From positions 1-60,164 of the forward strand of contig CAYMRU010000002.1 in NCBI GenBank assembly GCA_964392975.1: 60,164 nucleotides of DNA. Reading direction: 5' to 3'. The position numbers were made by a program, and so were the translations under genes. Of this stretch, positions 55,201-60,164 are shown in pieces. Every line of letters starts with the position of its first letter. Position 1 is the stretch's first letter. This DNA is from an uncultured Candidatus Poseidoniales archaeon (GTDB lineage Archaea > Thermoplasmatota > Poseidoniia > Poseidoniales > Thalassarchaeaceae). Under the pieces are notes generated by a model, which worked only from the letters and a program-made list of their open reading frames with translations, was not told the DNA's origin and did no database searches.

Positions 55201-56981
55201 CCGAACCTGGTGACACGGCCGTGTTCACTTTGTCGATAAAGAACACAGGTAACGGGCCAACTCAATATTCAATTTCATGTGAGACCGAGGACAGGTGGAT
55301 AATAACTATCGGAGACAGCGAGTCATCACAAGTCACTCTGGACCCACTAAGCAGACTCCAGTTCCTTCCGATGCCTATCAGAATTAGAGTTCCAGATGCT
55401 ATCGACGGATTCCCTCCTGCCGGCTTCACTCAGAATCTAGAATGCATTACATCCTCTACGAGCGCCCCGTCTCTACAAACCTCGGAGGAGGCTACTTTGT
55501 ATGTGTTGGAGAGCCGAGACTTCTCGGCACAGATTTTCGATTCAGATGGCAATCCTCTAGGCCCTCAAGGATTGGGCGAACCAAGATCTGTAATCAACGA
55601 TGACGTTGTTAGCACAGACTTGGTCGTGGAAAATCAGGGTAACGTCCCCCTAGATTTTACAGTGGAAGCCTTCTCTTCTCTGAACTCATGGCCGGTTCAG
55701 GTAGCACTAGGTCAGAATACCGATTCGGAGGAAATCTCATTTTCCATTGCAGCAGGTTCTCAGGCCACCGTCACCATCTCCACAATTGTGCCTTTCGCTG
55801 CTGATATGGGAGATACCAACACACTCACCATTCGTACTACTCTTTCCAATGGTCCAATAGTGACCTTGAGTTCACTCTTGACAGTTCAGGAAGTGGCCAT
55901 ACTGAGTCTTTCTTGGGATGAGATTCTTGAGACAGCTCTAGGTTCCCCAGGAGTCGGAATGGTCAATCTTCAGAACACAGGGAACGTGGACTTGGATATC
56001 AGCCTGACAATGGGCACACTGCCGGCAGGTTGGTCCGGGGGTTTCCTCTCTGGGAGGCAGTTCACCATGGGGATGAACAGTGAGGCAGCTATCGAAGTGG
56101 TGCTTGACCTTCCTAGCAACCTAGCTGTCGGTTTGCTCGACGATATGGCCACTGTGATTATCGAGGCCCGTACTCCGGCAGGAGAGGTCCTCTTGTACAC
56201 CGTCGAGATGAAGGTCTCAGTATTACCTTCAATTTGGATGGACCTCTCTGCGGATTTCTCAACGATTGAGGATATAGGAGAAGGAGGGACGACGTTTGAA
56301 ATCACTATTTCCAACCTTGGAAATACACAAGGCGACTCGACTATATCTATCTACGCGCCGGAACATTGGGAAGTCGATGTCGAAGCGCCTTCGAGCATAG
56401 GTCCGGGAGAAAGCAGCAACATACCGATTACCGCCACTCCAGACTCGTATGCATCTTCCGGATTAACTACAATAATCATCCAGATTAATTCAACTGCCGG
56501 GAATGAGGATGTTTCCATCACTGACGACTCTCTAGAAATCGGAGTAAGCAAATCTCGAATCTCAGGTCGAGGCGGCCTCGGAGGTCTTCTGGATAGCTTA
56601 GGTCTTCCCGACTGGTCGATGGCTCTAATCGTCCTAGTGATTCTGTCAACTACAGTCGTTTATGGAGTCAGGATGAGAAGAAACTCGTCTGCAATGATGA
56701 GTCCCGATGAGGAACTGATTCCCGAGGGATCAGCCCTACTCTCAGGCTCCCTCTCGGAACGCCGAGCAGCTGCATTGGAGACATCCTCATCCGGAGAGGT
56801 AATGACAGGAGGTGTGTCAAATGAGGAGATTCAGGCAGCAATCGCCCAGTCTTCTCCTTCATCCCTACCTCCAACTCCAGACGGAGCGCCCCCACTGCCT
56901 CTTTCAGGTCTGCCTGAGGGATGGACTATGGAGCAATGGGAATCATACGGCCACCTGTGGTGGGAGCAGAACAAGCCCTGA
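52221..56981 (+). CDS. giant secreted subtilisin-like serine protease (S8) with six or more CARDB-like repeats, a TM anchor and a Trp-rich cytoplasmic tail
   Basis: 1586-aa ORF.
- Signal-like N-terminus: WVLVILPILLFSTGG.
- Catalytic contexts: VLAISDTGLDDDHGDF (Asp), GHGTHVSATLLG (His), LNGSSMATPVAAGAA (Ser).
- Post-catalytic beta-sandwich: LDVTLVWNDPEGS...LVNDLDLRAVSPDG...NNVERIRL.
- CARDB-like strings: IEAAWKNQAAA, LEMRNEGTSEIS, LSIKNTGNGPTQ, LVVENQGNVPLD, VNLQNTGNVDLD, ITISNLGNTQGD.
- TM helix ALIVLVILSTTVVYGV and a tail ending GLPEGWTMEQWESYGHLWWEQNKP. Confidence 0.9.
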   Translation: MNGSRWVLVILPILLFSTGGTVLTEPLKLEAQSADSGVQSHSYPEWSRASPSESIFELRTTTGLLQSPFGPFDPLVDPVPLGPENLYDPFALERTGLLLVQSSSSDMTAMLSLLEESGMEVIDFIPEYSVIARLDSVNHNQVVDELSADGSIRWAGELPIAWRVSPYLSTIAGLQGLRVDLDITPTPDLGKEELQSLSEDMELISHSPVERAICDSHLCQPKNVDSAWIPILAMDGRILRIDPAAQYSVHNSNASVIGGIQDARTTSGLALNGSGEVLAISDTGLDDDHGDFGNRIRAIYDEFGPDNSHADSNSGHGTHVSATLLGDGSGDSDSEGMVPGATFHFYQLEADSSGALARWGSLYEMFSHSWNNNARIQTNSWGNLNLAGDYSSDSRSADSFISDYPRFLVLFSAGDLGSGGVTPPGTAKNVLTVGASTTGSFDSTPEGVVAGFSSKGVTSDGRIKPDIVAPGVAICSARAQEAVLSEGESCSSSTHVDGQTPLYMTLNGSSMATPVAAGAATMVRQYLRVEKSISEPRSDLIRALIINGADDLGASDIPNPSEGWGQLNLDNTLFPTSSGQDLNLIYDYSRELLPGHSFVYTFDVDGNYGLDVTLVWNDPEGSAVANQSASRLVNDLDLRAVSPDGTTYFGNHFASGFSTPGGSGDRLNNVERIRLPAGSQSGTWSIIVGHAGGSIQDFAMVFSGLGNEIIHPDLSVFAGSLSTSIDNPLQGDTILIEAAWKNQAAAATGTYSIEVEDLTSGSIIHTSSRASLGGGLLDSVSFPHSFSTTGTHQLELRLDSTSVVQELNDESSGSDNNRYHIEVNVSQIGVRLTPLMEDGSLPSNPAQLSQAMTRTLDPRDSSWLNFDLEMRNEGTSEISVGLSVSPVQLLGDDGILYPPQDEWWKLLNETGPWTLAPYGQPGDRTVVTLNLSDMDTDLSSGSEAVYALPGTFVSDLTLYDKNAPTVSHSIRLSAVVQRVEGLYTIVAGTGDLSAEPGDTAVFTLSIKNTGNGPTQYSISCETEDRWIITIGDSESSQVTLDPLSRLQFLPMPIRIRVPDAIDGFPPAGFTQNLECITSSTSAPSLQTSEEATLYVLESRDFSAQIFDSDGNPLGPQGLGEPRSVINDDVVSTDLVVENQGNVPLDFTVEAFSSLNSWPVQVALGQNTDSEEISFSIAAGSQATVTISTIVPFAADMGDTNTLTIRTTLSNGPIVTLSSLLTVQEVAILSLSWDEILETALGSPGVGMVNLQNTGNVDLDISLTMGTLPAGWSGGFLSGRQFTMGMNSEAAIEVVLDLPSNLAVGLLDDMATVIIEARTPAGEVLLYTVEMKVSVLPSIWMDLSADFSTIEDIGEGGTTFEITISNLGNTQGDSTISIYAPEHWEVDVEAPSSIGPGESSNIPITATPDSYASSGLTTIIIQINSTAGNEDVSITDDSLEIGVSKSRISGRGGLGGLLDSLGLPDWSMALIVLVILSTTVVYGVRMRRNSSAMMSPDEELIPEGSALLSGSLSERRAAALETSSSGEVMTGGVSNEEIQAAIAQSSPSSLPPTPDGAPPLPLSGLPEGWTMEQWESYGHLWWEQNKP

Positions 56982-57019
56982 TGCGCTTTCCTTATGACTC
57001 GTAGCGCCTCGCCCGGTTC

Positions 57020-57658
57020 GTGTCGGGCTCGATAGTACTGTTCGGACCTCCCGGAGCAGGGAAGGGGACCCAAGCCACTCGCATCGCATCTCTCACGGGC
57101 AAGCCACAGGCATCTACTGGAGACATGCTCAGGGCTGCGGTGACCGCGGGCTCAGATCTGGGGATGGAGGCCAAGGAATTCATGGACGCAGGTCTTTTGG
57201 TTCCCGATGAGGTCATCATAGGTCTGATTTCCGAGAGATTACAAGATCCCGATGCCGAGACGGGCCTGCTCCTAGACGGGTACCCCAGAACCATCGTTCA
57301 GGCAGAGTCGCTCGAGCGCATCGAGTCGGTTGTTGCGGTGATATCGATTGAAGTCCCTGATGATGCCATAGTGCAACGCATAGTGGGTCGCAGGATGGAC
57401 CCAGAAACCGGTCAAATCTATCACATCGAATTCAATCCTCCACCCGAGAATGTAGCGCATCGAGTAGTCCAGCGTAAGGACGACAACGAGGAGACTGTGA
57501 GGAGCAGACTATCTGCATATCACCAGCAGACAGCCCCTCTTGCCGAATGGTATGGCGAGAGAGGAGTTCTGCTGAGAATCGATGGAGACCGAGGCATAAA
57601 TGAAGTAGGAGACTCAATAGAAGCGGCCCTCCTCAAGATGAGTGGTACTGATGCCTAG
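57020..57658 (+). CDS. adk: adenylate kinase (bacterial/eukaryotic-type Adk)
   Basis: P-loop IVLFGPPGAGKGTQA, then STGDMLRAAV and LLDGYPRT. The LID region RRMDPETGQIYHIEFNPP has no Cys4 zinc site. QRKDDNEETVRSRL is also present. GTG start at 57020. Confidence 0.93.
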   Translation: MSGSIVLFGPPGAGKGTQATRIASLTGKPQASTGDMLRAAVTAGSDLGMEAKEFMDAGLLVPDEVIIGLISERLQDPDAETGLLLDGYPRTIVQAESLERIESVVAVISIEVPDDAIVQRIVGRRMDPETGQIYHIEFNPPPENVAHRVVQRKDDNEETVRSRLSAYHQQTAPLAEWYGERGVLLRIDGDRGINEVGDSIEAALLKMSGTDA

Positions 57659-57983
57659 GCGAATAAGAAGGAGCGATTCAAGGCGGAAGGCGAGGGCCTC
57701 AGAGGCCATCGACCACCTATCCTCGATTGTAAACTCACCAGACGACTACGATGAGGAGTCCGTGAACTCTGCAGCCAGAGACATCCTTAGGATAGGCAAG
57801 CGACACGGAGTAAGGCCGGATGCGAACACATCTAGACTAATCTGCCGTGGTTGCAGTTCAGCCCTCATACCCGGACGCTCAGCCACTACTAGGATACGCT
57901 CAGGCACAGTGATAGTGACTTGCAACAAATGCGAAAAAGTCACACGAACAAGCACGGAATCACAAGGAGGCGATTCGGATTAG
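57651..57983 (+). CDS. rnp4: RNase P protein component 4 (Rpp21/Rpr2 family)
   Basis: Basic N-terminal helix MPRRIRRSDSRRKARASEAIDHL and a zinc ribbon RLICRGCSSALIPGRSATTRIRSGTVIVTCNKCEKV. ATG 57651 overlaps the adk stop by 8 nt. The ORF track start is GTG 57642. Confidence 0.85.
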   Translation: MPRRIRRSDSRRKARASEAIDHLSSIVNSPDDYDEESVNSAARDILRIGKRHGVRPDANTSRLICRGCSSALIPGRSATTRIRSGTVIVTCNKCEKVTRTSTESQGGDSD

Positions 57984-58035
57984 CGGACAGGTTCCACGAG
58001 GCATTGTAAAGCGTGCCAAGGACTCATCCTTACCG

Positions 58036-58254
58036 GTGACCGTGAGGATAGGCAAGGAAGGAATGACGGAACAGGTCGTCGTCGAATTGAAGGAGCAATT
58101 GAGCAAGAGGGGACTAGTCAAGGTCAAAGCCAATCGAGGCCTGTTGGCTAACTCTGAGGAGAGGGCGGCTTGCTTCAACCGGCTAGCCGTTGACTCAGAT
58201 GCCATTCTCGCTCACAGCATCGGTAACGTAGCAGTGTTCTGGAACTCACGTTAG
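58036..58254 (+). CDS. YhbY/CRM-domain RNA-binding protein
   Basis: The string VRIGKEGMTEQVVVELKEQLSKRGLVKVK matches the CRS1/YhbY signature (IGK.G.T......I...L...EL.KVK). Similarity appears to continue upstream (VPRGIVKRAKDSSLP) of the first canonical start (GTG 58036), so the N-terminus is uncertain. Confidence 0.7.
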   Translation: MTVRIGKEGMTEQVVVELKEQLSKRGLVKVKANRGLLANSEERAACFNRLAVDSDAILAHSIGNVAVFWNSR

Positions 58255-58285
58255 TAATCCGAACGACCCGCCTTGACATTCCGGA

Positions 58286-59731
58286 ATGCTCACTTATTTA
58301 GAGGGGTTAAGGTTCGCAAAAACCATGGTGACCGAGAGTCAGGTAGTCTTGGCGATTTTCATAGTTTCTTTCGCACTCATTTTGTCAGAAGTTGTACATC
58401 GTACCATAGCCGCTTGGTTCGGTTCGGTTCTGATGCTATTGTATGGCCATTACACTGGTGTCTTCCACCTCCACGAGCAGTACAATGCGGCTGGCGAACT
58501 CGTCAAGACCTACACGCTTGAACACACTATGATAGGGTGGATAGAGTGGGAAGTAATCGGCCTGTTGCTAGGGATGATGATCTTTGCATCAATCCTTGAG
58601 TTATGCGGCTTCTTCGAGTTCGTCGCCATCAAGGCAGCAAAGATGAGCAAGGGTGACCCCTGGAGACTAATCGTTCTGCTTGGAACCTTCACCACACTGC
58701 TCTCTCTGGTCATCGACAACGTCACAGCCATCATTATCATCGCTCCAGTGACATTAAGAATCTGTAACAAACTGGAGATTAATCCAGTCCCCCCGTTACT
58801 AGCAGAGGCAATCCTGTCAGACACCGGCGGAGTGGCATCGATGGTAGGGGACCCGCCAAATGTCATGATAGCCGCTGCAGCTGCAGACGCAAGCCCGGTA
58901 CTGGATGCCTTCTCGTTCAATGGCTTCCTTTTCAGACTTGGAATCCTCACTTTCTTCGCGTGGGTTGCGACTTTGACCTACTTTAGGTGGTATTACAGAG
59001 AATGGTCGGAGCAGAAGCCACCACATGTTGATTTGCTCTTAGAAGAAGATGAGTGGGATGCCATAGAAGACAAGCAACTGATGTACACTACTCTGACAAT
59101 TCTAGGACTTACCGTAATTGCATTCTCTGCCAAGTCCCTTTTCGACCTAGAGATTGAGATCGATGGAATCGCACTGGCAGGTGCTGGCTTCGCTCTAATT
59201 GCAGCTAGGCCGAAGAACGAGGAACTCCGGGAAGGATTCATCAATGACGTAGTCGATAAGGTGGAATGGCAGGCCTTGCTTTTCTTCGCAGGACTATTCT
59301 TACTGGTCGGAGGAATCGGCGATGTCGGATATCTCGACGAAGTCGCCAATTGGATTTTCAACAACTTCGGCGATGACGAGGTGAAGTTGGCAATTGCAAT
59401 CATATGGGTCTCTGCAATAGCCAGTGCCCTGATTGACAACATCCCATTCACGGCTGCAATGATTCCGGTCATTTTCAGTATCACTGAAGCTAGCGGTGGG
59501 GCTCTCAGCCCAGAGCCTCTTCTGTGGGCGCTGGCAATGGGGGCTGGTTTCGGTGGCAATGCCACTCCAATCGGCTCTAGCGCTAACGTCATGACTGTAG
59601 CAATCAGCGAAAGAGGGCCTTACCCAATCACCACCAAGGAATGGGTCAGAGCTGGGCTGCCTGTGATGATCATTACTTGTGTGGTCGCAACCGTGTTCAT
59701 GTTCTTCTTCCACGGCGCCCTGTACTCTTGA
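58286..59731 (+). CDS. ArsB/NhaD-superfamily anion/ion permease
   Basis: 481-aa polytopic ORF. Superfamily strings are LLSLVIDNVTAIIIIAPV, SDTGGVASMVGDPPNVMIA, SALIDNIPFTAAMIPV and GGNATPIGSSANV (duplicated hairpin motifs). An alternative start at ATG 58325 gives MVTESQV.... Confidence 0.85.
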   Translation: MLTYLEGLRFAKTMVTESQVVLAIFIVSFALILSEVVHRTIAAWFGSVLMLLYGHYTGVFHLHEQYNAAGELVKTYTLEHTMIGWIEWEVIGLLLGMMIFASILELCGFFEFVAIKAAKMSKGDPWRLIVLLGTFTTLLSLVIDNVTAIIIIAPVTLRICNKLEINPVPPLLAEAILSDTGGVASMVGDPPNVMIAAAAADASPVLDAFSFNGFLFRLGILTFFAWVATLTYFRWYYREWSEQKPPHVDLLLEEDEWDAIEDKQLMYTTLTILGLTVIAFSAKSLFDLEIEIDGIALAGAGFALIAARPKNEELREGFINDVVDKVEWQALLFFAGLFLLVGGIGDVGYLDEVANWIFNNFGDDEVKLAIAIIWVSAIASALIDNIPFTAAMIPVIFSITEASGGALSPEPLLWALAMGAGFGGNATPIGSSANVMTVAISERGPYPITTKEWVRAGLPVMIITCVVATVFMFFFHGALYS

Positions 59732-59777
59732 ATCGATTAAGCGACACCGTGAAGCCCGAGTACTCCTTGCCCGTATC

Positions 59778-60089
59778 ATGCACGAGTGTGCTATCTGCGG
59801 CTTGGTCTCTACTGAGGCCCCCTGTCCCGCTTGTGGCGACGATGAGGCTTTGAACAGAGTCGATGAATATGAGATTGAACCCAATCCGGCCGGTGAAACG
59901 CAACTCCCATTCGGACTCGATTCTGAACCGCAGTCGGAGTCTACAGATCTCCCATTCGGACTGGAGGATACTCCCGAATCCGAAGAGTCAGAACCATTGG
60001 TATTCGGTATCGAATCATCGCCCTCTCAAGATAATCAGGATTCCATTCTATTCGGACTAGATGAATCACCTTCTACAGAGGGCCGGTAA
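59778..60089 (+). CDS. small zinc-ribbon protein with an acidic tail carrying four FG[LI][DE] repeats
   Basis: The start is taken at ATG 59778 (MHECAICGLVSTEAPCPACG). The longer 136-aa ORF would overlap the permease gene end. CxxC...CxxC is followed by LPFGLD, LPFGLE, LVFGIE and ILFGLD, spaced 15-16 aa apart in a Ser/Glu/Pro-rich context. Confidence 0.6.
   Translation: MHECAICGLVSTEAPCPACGDDEALNRVDEYEIEPNPAGETQLPFGLDSEPQSESTDLPFGLEDTPESEESEPLVFGIESSPSQDNQDSILFGLDESPSTEGR
59904..60062 (+). repeat. four degenerate in-frame repeats of 45-48 nt encoding [LIV]-x-F-G-[LI]-[DE]
   Basis: ctcccattcggactcgat starts at 59904 and ctcccattcggactggag at 59949 (14 nt identical). ttggtattcggtatcgaa lies near 59997, and attctattcggactagat is at 60045-60062. 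Confidence 0.7.
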
Positions 60090-60101
60090 TCCAGACTTCA
60101 C

Positions 60102-60118
60102 CGCCCCCGTAGGGGGCG
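60102..60118 (+). terminator. perfect GC-rich 7-bp hairpin (cgccccc-gta-gggggcg) 13 nt after the stop of the zinc-ribbon gene
   Basis: Read directly from the sequence. It could be a 3'-end element or part of a structured RNA that continues beyond the window edge. Confidence 0.3.
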
Positions 60119-60164
60119 TGTGCACCCCGCTTAGTTCAAATACCAAAGGCAGGTCGCCCACCTG

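Noticed and set aside
60133-60141. agttcaaat, which resembles a tRNA T-loop (GTTCAAAT), near the window end next to the GC hairpin
   Set aside because: The flanking bases (cttag / accaa) cannot form a T-stem. No acceptor or D-arm could be built on either strand. With only about 75 nt before the window edge, no RNA gene can be supported.
1-60164. Search for CRISPR arrays, rRNA or tRNA genes, IS elements, integrases, prophage genes and toxin-antitoxin pairs
   Set aside because: No spacer larger than about 165 nt exists between supported genes. No periodic direct repeats, transposase DDE or integrase Tyr-recombinase motifs were recognised in any listed ORF. Composition looks uniform across the window.

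Overview
This is a densely coding archaeal chromosome segment with short or overlapping intergenic gaps, including several 4-nt stop/start or stop/stop overlaps. GC looks roughly balanced by eye; I did not compute it.

Archaeal hallmark genes are recognisable from motifs:
- CDP-archaeol synthase
- archaeosine synthase ArcS, with an exact PCX3KPYX2SX2H motif
- an AglB/STT3 oligosaccharyltransferase (WWDYG)
- RNase P protein Rpp21
- archaeal-form ribosomal protein uS15
- type II GAPDH
- archaeal PheT and GluRS
- RNase HII

Bacterial-type DnaJ and adenylate kinase are also present. This mix, together with the many giant surface proteins, fits a planktonic Thermoplasmatota-like archaeon such as Marine Group II/III. 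That assignment is inference only.

Eight very large signal-peptide or membrane-anchored proteins occupy about 55% of the nucleotides (33,294 of 60,164 nt, summed from ORF coordinates). They are interleaved with housekeeping genes.

I saw no rRNA, tRNA, CRISPR array, transposase or integrase.

Most notable observations:
1. A single 3243-codon ORF embeds a complete AglB/STT3 core between an extra polytopic N-terminal segment and a roughly 1750-aa extracellular beta-domain extension rich in N-x-S/T sequons.
2. That gene heads a co-directional block: AglB fusion, membrane-anchored subtilase, 1447-aa beta-helix protein, then a wHTH-NB-ARC/STAND-TPR protein.
3. A pyroglutamyl-peptidase/Nudix (MutT) fusion.
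4. A degenerate DHH/RecJ-like candidate downstream of the uS15 gene.
5. A GXGXG domain fused to a degenerate glutamate-synthase-FMN-like protein, in an operon position with pheT.
6. A small zinc-ribbon protein carrying four acidic FG[LI][DE] repeats.

All functional calls rest on motif recognition by eye. No database search was run.
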